Below are positions 1 to 8,172 of a DNA stretch of 12,700 nucleotides, piece by piece. Below the pieces are notes generated by a model, which was not told where the DNA came from, did not search any database, and saw only the letters and a program-made list of their open reading frames with translations. The stretch spans positions 1 to 12,700 of the forward strand of contig JAEOTQ010000105.1 in assembly GCA_016839785.1 (NCBI GenBank), given 5' to 3'. Every line of letters starts with the position of its first letter. The stretch's first letter is position 1. A program made the translations under genes and the position numbers. This DNA comes from Candidatus Hodarchaeota archaeon (lineage in GTDB: Archaea; Asgardarchaeota; Heimdallarchaeia; Hodarchaeales; Hodarchaeaceae).

Positions 1-1001
1 ATGAGAACAATAATATATCGAACTGCTGGGTGTTGGGAACAACTAAACATTTGAAAGCGATGCATCTGTCTGTAATAGGTTTCAATCGTAAATCGGCTGC
101 GATAGAGGAATGTAATCTCTTTTCCTGAGAGTTGACAGGTGGGAGGGACAATAAAGGCGACGACCCGATCACTTTCTTGAGAGAGAACGAGCTTAACGGG
201 AATTCTTCTTCGGGTATGACCTTTATTCAGTCGATAATCCACGATTGTCGTATCCCCTCTGTTAAGGAACTCATCTTGGTATTTCTGAACCAGAGGTTTG
301 ACACCCGTGTTGACACGCCCTCGGATAATAAAGAAGACCTGTTTATGAAGGAACCATTCAACCAAGTCATAATTATAAAAATCTCCATCCCCCAGTATCC
401 CAATAACTTTTTCGTGAGTGATTAGAGGGCTCAAGAGGTCCTGGGCTCTTTGAAGAGTTGAGTACTCCTTGGGGATTAAATGCACACCTAACGTAATCGG
501 TTCGGGCGCATTTACCCAAATAACACTGAAGAATTGATAAAACTGGGAAGTACTGGCTTTTCGCTTCCCTTTGCGAATATACGAAGATGAGGTTTTAGCA
601 TAATTAGGATCCAGATGAAAATCAATCGCGAGTAACATCCCGCGCTTTCGAGCACGTTGAGAATTCTCGGGAAGGCTATCTAGAAAGTGAAGAAAGCCAA
701 CTTCTTGTGATATTGTAATCTCATCGACAGAATTGGTTTTTAACCATGCTAAAGTCGCTTCACCTGAGGGAATTGGGAGGTTTTGTTCTCGTAGATCTCG
801 AGCTTTGCGAGAAATGGAAGTTCGATCTATGGTGGACAGTAGAAGTAATTTTAACCGAGATTTCATGCCAAAGGGTGAACTAGTTGGGATGGGGTTTGGC
901 AAAAATTGAAATTTGTCAAACCAGCGTACCACAAACTTTATAAGAGTCGGAGTTTTTCTAGCTTTTCGTGGCGGAAAGCGAGGTAGTTTGATTTTGGTCA
1001 T
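1..1001 (-). CDS. ISH3-family DDE transposase, 3'-truncated by the window edge (at least 333 codons)
   Basis: Manual translation from ATG 1001 is open to the window edge, with an in-frame TGA just upstream. MTKIKLPRFPPRK...MLLAIDFHLDPNY (first D)...ILGDGDFYNYDLV (second D)...FFIIRG...LYRSRFTIETYYR (Y-2-R-3-E signature of IS4/ISH3 transposases). Absent from the ORF track, presumably because the stop codon lies outside the window. Confidence 0.92.
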   Translation of the reverse strand, partial: MTKIKLPRFPPRKARKTPTLIKFVVRWFDKFQFLPNPIPTSSPFGMKSRLKLLLLSTIDRTSISRKARDLREQNLPIPSGEATLAWLKTNSVDEITISQEVGFLHFLDSLPENSQRARKRGMLLAIDFHLDPNYAKTSSSYIRKGKRKASTSQFYQFFSVIWVNAPEPITLGVHLIPKEYSTLQRAQDLLSPLITHEKVIGILGDGDFYNYDLVEWFLHKQVFFIIRGRVNTGVKPLVQKYQDEFLNRGDTTIVDYRLNKGHTRRRIPVKLVLSQESDRVVAFIVPPTCQLSGKEITFLYRSRFTIETYYRQMHRFQMFSCSQHPAVRYIIVL

Positions 1002-1027
1002 GATAACTGCTAATCACTTTTCTCCAC

Positions 1028-1043
1028 ATTTAAGTCTTTCCCC
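1028..1043 (-). promoter_or_regulatory. Putative archaeal BRE plus TATA promoter of the transposase (GGGGAAAGA-CTTAAAT)
   Basis: A purine-rich tract directly followed by CTTAAAT, 27-33 nt upstream of ATG 1001. This spacing fits a leaderless or short-leader archaeal transcript. Confidence 0.5.
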
Positions 1044-1072
1044 TTCGAGATTTCATGACTATCCTCTTCTGC

Positions 1073-1090
1073 CAAAGTTACGAAGTACTG
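1073..1090 (-). repeat. Putative left terminal inverted repeat of the IS (CAGTACTTCGTAACTTTG)
   Basis: Begins CAGTAC, 89 bp upstream of the transposase ATG, where the sequence turns AT-rich. The partner repeat is not in the window, so the length is uncertain. Confidence 0.65.
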
Positions 1091-1201
1091 CTATATTTTA
1101 CGACAAAGATTGGTTTTTCCCTAAGATATTACAAAATTTCCCTTGTTATTTAACAGAAACCACAAATAGTATTTTCAACTATTCGAACTTGGAAAAATTA
1201 T

Positions 1202-3022
1202 ATGTATTCTCCAACTCTTGTAACTCTGGATCTAACTGAAAATAAAGTGATTCCAAAAAAATCTATCGATCCTAAGATAGTCGATACTTTCCTAGGAGGA
1301 AGAGGAATTACAGTTTATTTAGGCTATGAATCCATTCCTGTTGACACAAGCCCACTTAGTCCCGAAAATAAAATCATTTTAGGGACAGGCCCTCTAACTG
1401 GATCAGTTTTTCCTTCTTCAGGTACAACTATAGCCACATTTAAATCTCCTCATACGAATACATTATGTACAGTAACAGTTACAGGTCATTTTGGCGCGTA
1501 TCTTAAACACGCAGGTTATGATTTTCTTCAAATCAGAGGACAAGCGAAATCACCTCAGTATATCGTGATAGACGAGTTTGCCGATATTTCTCTCGAAGAT
1601 GCATCTAGCTTTTGGTCGGATTCTATCGAGAAAACAGATGAAATTCTAAGACAGAAATATGGCCAAAAATCATCTATTGCCTGTATTGGGAAAGCGGCTG
1701 TAAATAAAGTCATCTATGCTGGTGTGGTTGTCGATCGATCTCACCATTTCCAGCGTGGAGGCTTAGGAAGCGTTTTTGCATCTAAAAACATTAAAGCGAT
1801 TGTACTTACGGATCCCCCTAAACCTCTAGAGTTACTTGATGTCACTGAAGATAATTTATCTCATATTAAATCAATATTGGAAGGCCATCCTTGGAGCAAC
1901 ATGTTAAAGACCCAAGGAACGTTTTCTACTATTTATTCTATAATTAAAGCTGATTCTCTTCCAACAAAAAATTGTACACGAAAGCTAACTCTTCAATCAG
2001 ATCAGATTTCTTCATTTCATGGATATGGTGAAGCTTATGATTGCTGGCACTGTCCTGTTAAATGCGAGAGAAATTCATATCAAAAATTTGTTGCATTAGG
2101 CCCTAATCTCCAGATAACTGATCATAAATTTATTCAGGGAGCCATAAAAAAATGTGATGATGAGGGACTTGACCCAATATCGACAGGTGCTGCTTTGGCG
2201 TCCCTGTTTCAAATTCAGGAAGATAAGCGTAAGCTTTTAAATATTCACTTAGGATTTAATTGGGGAGACCCCCAAATCTACTCTCTAATAGATGATATCA
2301 TCAATAAAATCGGATTAGGAGATCAATTAGCTCGGGGAGAAAACTATCTCTACAAGCAAACAAGTGAACCTTCTCCGATGGTTAAGGACCAAATGCTTGG
2401 TATGTTTTACTATCCTAATTGTCCAGCTTTAAGTATGGATCTTAGTTCTTCTCCATATGGAGCAAATCACTATAAATCAGGCAGTTTAATTTATCCTGAA
2501 TTTCATGGTTTCCCTTTTCAACTCTCTCCCCTTTCTATCAAGGGAAAGATAAAACTGAAAATATTGTTTGAAAACTTCCATGCAGTTCTAGACTCCTTAA
2601 TTCTGTGTCCACGATTCATGCCTATGTTTTTGAAGTCTAATCTGATCCTTGGAAATATACCTTCAGGATTAACTGGATTATTATTGCAGATAATGCCAAA
2701 AAAATTGTTACAAAAACTATTAGGCAATTTCACTCATTTAACTTCAGTAATAAATCAACAATTTTCTTCAACTGGATCTATTAAAGATATTTTAGAGATA
2801 GGAAATAGAATTACATTACTAGAACGCCTTTTTAATACTCGTGCAGGATTAACTCCATCTAATGATGTAATTCCTCGCTATCTTGAGGGAAAAAGCGATT
2901 TTTATAAATTACAGAATGAGCTCATTTCTTCCTATTATGAGATGAAAGGCCTGAATTCTGATGGATTAGTTAAATTGACTACCCTGAAGAAGGCAAAACT
3001 TCTTGGAATAATCAGGATTTAA
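1202..3022 (+). CDS. aor: Aldehyde:ferredoxin oxidoreductase (AOR/WOR) family tungstopterin [4Fe-4S] protein, divergent active site
   Basis: 606 aa. Motifs: LGGRG, PLSPENKIILGTGPLTG, KSP, LKHAGYD, RGGLGSVFASKNIKAI, CWHCPVKC (C281/284/288), CDDEGLD (DxxGLD), GANH, DSLILC (C469), GNRITLLERLFN, YYEMKGL. Confidence 0.93.
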   Translation: MYSPTLVTLDLTENKVIPKKSIDPKIVDTFLGGRGITVYLGYESIPVDTSPLSPENKIILGTGPLTGSVFPSSGTTIATFKSPHTNTLCTVTVTGHFGAYLKHAGYDFLQIRGQAKSPQYIVIDEFADISLEDASSFWSDSIEKTDEILRQKYGQKSSIACIGKAAVNKVIYAGVVVDRSHHFQRGGLGSVFASKNIKAIVLTDPPKPLELLDVTEDNLSHIKSILEGHPWSNMLKTQGTFSTIYSIIKADSLPTKNCTRKLTLQSDQISSFHGYGEAYDCWHCPVKCERNSYQKFVALGPNLQITDHKFIQGAIKKCDDEGLDPISTGAALASLFQIQEDKRKLLNIHLGFNWGDPQIYSLIDDIINKIGLGDQLARGENYLYKQTSEPSPMVKDQMLGMFYYPNCPALSMDLSSSPYGANHYKSGSLIYPEFHGFPFQLSPLSIKGKIKLKILFENFHAVLDSLILCPRFMPMFLKSNLILGNIPSGLTGLLLQIMPKKLLQKLLGNFTHLTSVINQQFSSTGSIKDILEIGNRITLLERLFNTRAGLTPSNDVIPRYLEGKSDFYKLQNELISSYYEMKGLNSDGLVKLTTLKKAKLLGIIRI

Positions 3023-3036
3023 TTCTATATTCTTTC

Positions 3037-6000
3037 TTAACTTGAACTTTTACCAGGTCTTAGTGAAGAGCCCTTTAACATATTTAGGATACTCAATAAA
3101 TAAGATACAAACTTCTTATCAGATGTAGTAAAACCAATATCATCTGGAAGCACAATTGCTTGATCTTCATCTTTGACCGCTAATATACCTGTAATATTTT
3201 TTGCACCTTTAGATTTTCGTAAGTTTATATTTACCTGGTTTCCAATCTCAGTAAACCATTTTTTCCCTTTTTTGCTGAAATCAAAGCTTGTAAATATCCA
3301 AATTCGCTTTCCAGATGGTATATTTTTGAGATCAGAGGATGAAAGAATAGTAGGATCTGACATATAGAGTGTAACTTGTTTAGAAGCTTTACTTATGAAA
3401 TCAATTATGTATTCATTGATCGCATGATTTGATGATAATTTTAACAATCGTAAATATGAAATAGGCTCTCTTTCAGATAGTTCTGCCCCTAAAGTTTCCA
3501 ATGTGTCAGCTTGCTGGGAGTGGGTATCTTTTATCTCACTAAGTATCTCATTGGTTTTGTTTAAAAAATTTGAAAGATAATTCTCAACTTCTGTATTTAA
3601 TGATTGTATAAATTTAGTCATATTTCCTTTGTTTTCTAATATAGATTTTTCAATATCATTATTGTACGATTCCAAATTTGTAGCGATATCTTTTGAGAAC
3701 TCAGTGCTCATTCCTTCTACTTTGGAATTTAGTTCTGTTCTCATTGTGGATAAATGATTGGTTGTCTGTACACTATTCTCCTTCATTGCTTCTGTTAAAT
3801 CTTCCAAGATTGACTGTATATCATCCCGTGATTTATTGACCTCATTAATTGCGCGTTGAATACTATCGGTAAAATCTATTGAGAGTTGTTCAACATTCTG
3901 AGTTGATTCTTTATTAAAATCCTGTGTAACATCTTTAAGGCTATCTCTCAATTCTGAAAAATCCAATTGTTCTCTTTCTTCATTTAGATAATTGTGTAAA
4001 TCAGTTGTAAGAGTCATTTGAGAACTTGAAATAATATCTGATAATTCCTCAATCGATTTAACTAAATCTTCCTCAGATTGGGTGTTAATAGCGTCAAATG
4101 AGGCTTGTAAATCAGGAATATTGGATTCAAATTCCTCAAGCTGAGTACGTATCGATTCAGATACGACCGATTTCAATCGTTTATTAGCTACAGAGACTTT
4201 GGAATGAATTTCTCGCAAACTAAATGGATCTTCTTTGCTAGAATCGATATGATATATTGATTCAATTCTTTTCAAGGCCTGATTAATATTTGTTTCGACA
4301 ATAACATCCAAATTCTCAATGTTTGATTCGATTGCTTTGTTAAACTGAGCTAATAAATCATGCAGCTTTGTTCTAATAGTGGATACATGAGAACTGTACG
4401 ATGTCATGAAATTTGTCATGTTATCAGACATAGACGCTTGTAACTCTTTGTTAGAAGTTGTTTTTTCTTCTACCAGAGTTTCAAACGAACTAGAAAATTG
4501 TTCTGTAATTTCAGGAACATTACTCTTGAATTCTCGATCCGAACCAGCAATAACTTCCTTGAGATCTGTATTAAGCTTTTCTACGGTGTTTTCCATCCCT
4601 TCCTTCAGTGAATCAATTTCACTACGAATTGATTGGAATGAAGTCTCGATCTCAGACGTTACAAATCCAGACGCGACTCCTAGCTGATTTTCTAATTCTG
4701 TTAGTGTATCAGAATAATATAAATCAATATTTTCGCTTGTACGATTAAGATTGGTTAGCATAGCTTGCAAAGATTCATTTAAAATTGATTTAAGCTTATC
4801 CCCACTATCATGAACCTGACGAATTAAGGTAGCTACCTCTGACATGGTTGAATCAGAGAAACTGCCATGATAAGAGAGAAGTTTTTCCATTGCATCTTTA
4901 ACATTCTTATTCTGAGTGGTAGCATCTGATTGTATTTGATTAATGAACCCTAATATATCGGTGGGCCCTTTCTCTTGATATTTTGTTATATTATCTTTTT
5001 GTAAAGAAAAAACTTCATCCAAATTACTTCGATTCTCCACAATGAAGTCGTTTAAGCTAGTTTGATTGTCCTCAAGAGATTTCTCGAGATTCGTCTTGAA
5101 ATCACTGAAGGATGATTTCTGAGAGAAATCCTCTATTGTTTCGATTAAAGCCTCTTGTTGGGACTTATTTTTAGTATTTAGCTGTTCTAACTGGTTTGAG
5201 AGCTCTAAATCATATTCAGATTTTATTTGACTAAATCCTTCTTTGATAACATCCAAAGTACGATCTAAATGAGTTTGAAGATTTTCATTCAAAGAATTAA
5301 CAAATACCTGCGCTTCTGATTGACTCTGGGAAAAAATGGTCGTGATTTCGCTTCTAAGTTGAGTTAATTTGCTCTGAAGAGATGTTTCAACAGCCGAGAT
5401 ATTTGTTACACCTTCTGAAGTCAAGCGAGAATGAATACCTCCAACTCCTGATTCGATACCTTCCAGCAATTGTTGGAAATTCCGAGTTATCGCATCTAGT
5501 TCAGTATTCATCACTTTAGCTCTCTGATCAAATCGATTCTCCACTTTACTTAGATAATCTTCTTGAAGCGCGGCAACTCCATGTTGAAATTTATCTGATG
5601 AGGCAATTGCTTTTTGAATTTCATCCTTACTTTCATCCAGTGTTTCTTTTGTCATCGATTCAATTCTCTGTTGTGAATCAGCGAGGGTGTCATAGATTTT
5701 ATTTACCGAAACACCTGTTGATTCTGTGAATTCTTCTTGTAGACCTTTATTAGTAACATCTAATGAGTCTTTCAAGGAAATTCTGAATTGATTCGTACGC
5801 ATTGGAATTGAAACAAGCAAATTTCTTAATAATTGTTCAATGGATTGAGAAAGCTGTTGTAACCTATTAATGTCTAGTTCCTTCCTCCCTACTGATTCAT
5901 CAATTATATCAGAAAAATTTTTGATGAGATTTTCAAATTCTACTCCTTGTTGGGTTAATTTGGACTTTGCAGTACTTCTTAAAGATTCTACGAGATCAAT

Positions 6001-7233
6001 TACAGATTTTTGAGTGTGTCGAAAGCTCGTTTTCAAATGATTGAGTTCAGTTGTCTGAGCGGCTTGTAATTGGCCTAGGAATAAATCTCTTACTGATTCA
6101 AGTTTCTGCTCTGTTGTAAGCTCAGAAATCTCTGTTTCAAGGACGTTTAACGAAAGTTTCTGTTCCTCGATTAACTCTTTTGCGCTCTCAGTAAACTCAG
6201 TAAACTCTGTCTTCATTTGTTCTGAATTTGCGTTGATTGCTTCATCAGTTTGTTGAACAACAAGTTTAAGGGCTTCATTAATATCTTTGTCAATCTCTTT
6301 TGATAAATCTGAGATAACACCTTTCAAAGCATTGAGTACATCATTTTCAAGAGAAGTTCTTACATGTTTACGTACTTCGTTTATGAACTCTTTTTCATGC
6401 ATACGCGATTCTTGTAATCCAGTTTTTAAATTCGCTTTAAGATCACTAGCAACAGTACCAGTATTTGAATAATATTCTTGTATCCTAGAAACAGATTCAG
6501 ATTCAACAGCATCTAGTAAATCATTAAATTGTTGTTGAATACTATTAATCTTCTCAACCGAGGTTTTTATTATCCCATTTAACTCTTGTTCATATTTTGT
6601 AATTGATTCCTTAAGAGAACGAGTTCCAGAGTCAGGTAAGCTTTGAAATTCATCAATAGATTTTGTCCAATGTTTATCAAATTTAGACGTCCCTTCCGAG
6701 ATATTGGTTTGAACAACATTTTGGGTTTCAGCAATTTTAGTAGTCATAGAAGTTACTAATTGTTGCACCATTTCATCTAATTGTGATTGGTTGAGTTTTT
6801 CTTTTTCTTCTACAACCTCTTTCAAAAAACTATCTAATTCTTTATTTTGTGTTTGTAGGGCCTTAAAACCATCGGTAACTGTTTCTTGAAATTTGCCCAA
6901 AGCTTCTTCCACAGAAGTCTTTGAATTCTGAAATTCCTCTTGATAACTCTCTCTCGTATTTTCTATAAGATCCATATTTGCAGTGAGCATTTTAGTTAAT
7001 GCAGAAACTGGCAAAGTAGCAGAAACAAGCTCTGTTTCTTCATTCAGCTGAATATACCCTTTTTTCAACAATTCTGCTATTGCTTGTTCTGCTTTTTCTT
7101 CTTGGACTTCGGAAATAAGCATTAAATCATTCTTGGTTTGACTACCAAACGATATTAACGTGTTTAAGATTTTTGTTTCACTTTTCTTTAGTGTAAAACT
7201 AATTTCAGGAGTTGTCATATTTATCAACTGCAT
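3037..7233 (-). CDS. Giant protein: N-terminal TrmB-like winged helix, about 1180 aa helical/coiled-coil region, C-terminal TrmB effector (PLD-fold)-like domain
   Basis: 1398 aa; alternative start ATG 7218. The N-terminus LKKSETKILNTLISFGSQT...LLKKGYIQ...ATLPVSAL follows the TrmB wHTH pattern. The middle is rich in E/Q/S/L/I and poor in Pro and Gly, with 11-residue periodicity. The C-terminus AINEYIIDFISKASKQVTL...RIWIFT...ILAVKDEDQAIV...TTSDKKFVSYL follows the TrmB C-terminal pattern. No Walker A/B motifs. The CDS is secure; the domain calls are by eye. Confidence 0.8.
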   Translation of the reverse strand: MQLINMTTPEISFTLKKSETKILNTLISFGSQTKNDLMLISEVQEEKAEQAIAELLKKGYIQLNEETELVSATLPVSALTKMLTANMDLIENTRESYQEEFQNSKTSVEEALGKFQETVTDGFKALQTQNKELDSFLKEVVEEKEKLNQSQLDEMVQQLVTSMTTKIAETQNVVQTNISEGTSKFDKHWTKSIDEFQSLPDSGTRSLKESITKYEQELNGIIKTSVEKINSIQQQFNDLLDAVESESVSRIQEYYSNTGTVASDLKANLKTGLQESRMHEKEFINEVRKHVRTSLENDVLNALKGVISDLSKEIDKDINEALKLVVQQTDEAINANSEQMKTEFTEFTESAKELIEEQKLSLNVLETEISELTTEQKLESVRDLFLGQLQAAQTTELNHLKTSFRHTQKSVIDLVESLRSTAKSKLTQQGVEFENLIKNFSDIIDESVGRKELDINRLQQLSQSIEQLLRNLLVSIPMRTNQFRISLKDSLDVTNKGLQEEFTESTGVSVNKIYDTLADSQQRIESMTKETLDESKDEIQKAIASSDKFQHGVAALQEDYLSKVENRFDQRAKVMNTELDAITRNFQQLLEGIESGVGGIHSRLTSEGVTNISAVETSLQSKLTQLRSEITTIFSQSQSEAQVFVNSLNENLQTHLDRTLDVIKEGFSQIKSEYDLELSNQLEQLNTKNKSQQEALIETIEDFSQKSSFSDFKTNLEKSLEDNQTSLNDFIVENRSNLDEVFSLQKDNITKYQEKGPTDILGFINQIQSDATTQNKNVKDAMEKLLSYHGSFSDSTMSEVATLIRQVHDSGDKLKSILNESLQAMLTNLNRTSENIDLYYSDTLTELENQLGVASGFVTSEIETSFQSIRSEIDSLKEGMENTVEKLNTDLKEVIAGSDREFKSNVPEITEQFSSSFETLVEEKTTSNKELQASMSDNMTNFMTSYSSHVSTIRTKLHDLLAQFNKAIESNIENLDVIVETNINQALKRIESIYHIDSSKEDPFSLREIHSKVSVANKRLKSVVSESIRTQLEEFESNIPDLQASFDAINTQSEEDLVKSIEELSDIISSSQMTLTTDLHNYLNEEREQLDFSELRDSLKDVTQDFNKESTQNVEQLSIDFTDSIQRAINEVNKSRDDIQSILEDLTEAMKENSVQTTNHLSTMRTELNSKVEGMSTEFSKDIATNLESYNNDIEKSILENKGNMTKFIQSLNTEVENYLSNFLNKTNEILSEIKDTHSQQADTLETLGAELSEREPISYLRLLKLSSNHAINEYIIDFISKASKQVTLYMSDPTILSSSDLKNIPSGKRIWIFTSFDFSKKGKKWFTEIGNQVNINLRKSKGAKNITGILAVKDEDQAIVLPDDIGFTTSDKKFVSYLLSILNMLKGSSLRPGKSSS

Positions 7234-7256
7234 ATTCTGCCTTTTCGCATCTTCAT

Positions 7257-7970
7257 TTAGGAAGGATAATCTTCAAAAATTGCACTGCCGATTCTAATCA
7301 TCGTCGAACCCTCCTCCAGTGCAACAATATAATCATTACTCATCCCCATGGATAAGGTTTCCATTTCAATATTGTTTAGATGATTGCATTGCTTTGCTAG
7401 GAAATCAAATAATGAACGCATCTTTTTAAAATATGGTCTTGTTTCCTCAGAGGATATAAACGGTGCAATAGTCATCAACCCTTTTATTTGTAAATGGGAC
7501 ATTTGAGCCAATTCTGTAATCACTTCGACCAAATTATCCTGGTCTGGCGACAAACCAAACTTTGTTCCATCTTCAGATATATCAATTTGGATTAAGCAAT
7601 TCGCTATTTGGTCAGTAGCTGCGGCTCTCTTATCAATTTCTTTTGCTAGCTTTAAATCTGCCAGAGAATGGATTAAAGAAAAATTCCCTAATGCGTGTTT
7701 GACCTTATTTCGCTGTAGATGGCCAATAAAATGCCATTCTACATCGGAATCTTTACACATGTCAATTTTAGAAAGGGCTTCTGAAATACGATTTTCGCCA
7801 TATATTGGCAATTTGATATATTCTAAAAGTTTCAATATTAATTCTGTTGGTTGATTTTTAGTTACTAATACGAGTTTAGGCTGTTTTCCGTCTTGTGTAT
7901 ACTGAGAAAGCTGTGAACAAACATTTCGATATCTTGAAACAATCTGTTCAACAACCGCATTCACATTCAC
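7257..7970 (-). CDS. yggS: YggS/PipY/PLPBP family PLP homeostasis protein
   Basis: Motifs: LVLVTK (PLP lysine), YGENR, WHFIGHLQRNKVK, TKFGL, GLMTIAP, LSMGMSNDY, ALEEGSTMIRIGSAIF. GTG start; exact start uncertain. Confidence 0.97.
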   Translation of the reverse strand: MNVNAVVEQIVSRYRNVCSQLSQYTQDGKQPKLVLVTKNQPTELILKLLEYIKLPIYGENRISEALSKIDMCKDSDVEWHFIGHLQRNKVKHALGNFSLIHSLADLKLAKEIDKRAAATDQIANCLIQIDISEDGTKFGLSPDQDNLVEVITELAQMSHLQIKGLMTIAPFISSEETRPYFKKMRSLFDFLAKQCNHLNNIEMETLSMGMSNDYIVALEEGSTMIRIGSAIFEDYPS

Positions 7971-8172
7971 TCATTATCCCAGCTACGTGCGCTTCTTTTT
8001 CTTATATTAGTAATTTCATTATGTAATTAATTGTTTGTACTCTGTTCAAAAATGAATTAAGAGTATTTGTTTCCGTCCTAATTTGGTTACTATCCTAACA
8101 GAAACACTTTTGGTAACCTTGATTCCCATATAATCACATTTAAAAACGAATTTAGTTAAGAGATCTGATTTT
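7971..8172. promoter_or_regulatory. Divergent promoter region between yggS and the aminotransferase
   Basis: 202-bp AT-rich gap. TATA-like TTTAAAAA at 8139-8146 (+), 27-34 nt before ATG 8173. TATA-like TAATATAA at 8002-8009 (-), just over 30 nt before the yggS start. Confidence 0.5.

Larger units (their letters stand above)
1..1090 (-). mobile_element. ISH3-family (IS4-like DDE) insertion sequence, left part; the right end lies outside the window
   Basis: Contains a minus-strand DDE transposase ORF. The element end reads CAGTACTTCGTAAC from 1090 on the minus strand, which resembles the CAGTA-starting termini I recall for ISH3 elements. The region is visibly more GC-rich than the flanking genes. 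Confidence 0.85.

Noticed and set aside
132-425. + strand 97-aa ORF
   Set aside because: Antisense shadow of the transposase; no recognisable motifs.
547-555. GAAGTACTG matching the IS terminus
   Set aside because: Same orientation as the terminus, only 9 bp, and inside the transposase coding sequence; not the partner inverted repeat.
913-1239. + strand 108-aa ORF
   Set aside because: Spans the transposase start, the IS end and the aor start, so it is a chance frame across an insertion junction.
3037-3462. Active phospholipase D or nuclease domain
   Set aside because: No HxK(x4)D motif; the matching strand reads GILAVKD, as in non-catalytic TrmB-type domains.
3037-7233. SMC/Rad50 or chemoreceptor annotation for the giant protein
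   Set aside because: No Walker A/B, signature motif, hinge or Zn hook; no MCP hairpin motif or transmembrane helices.
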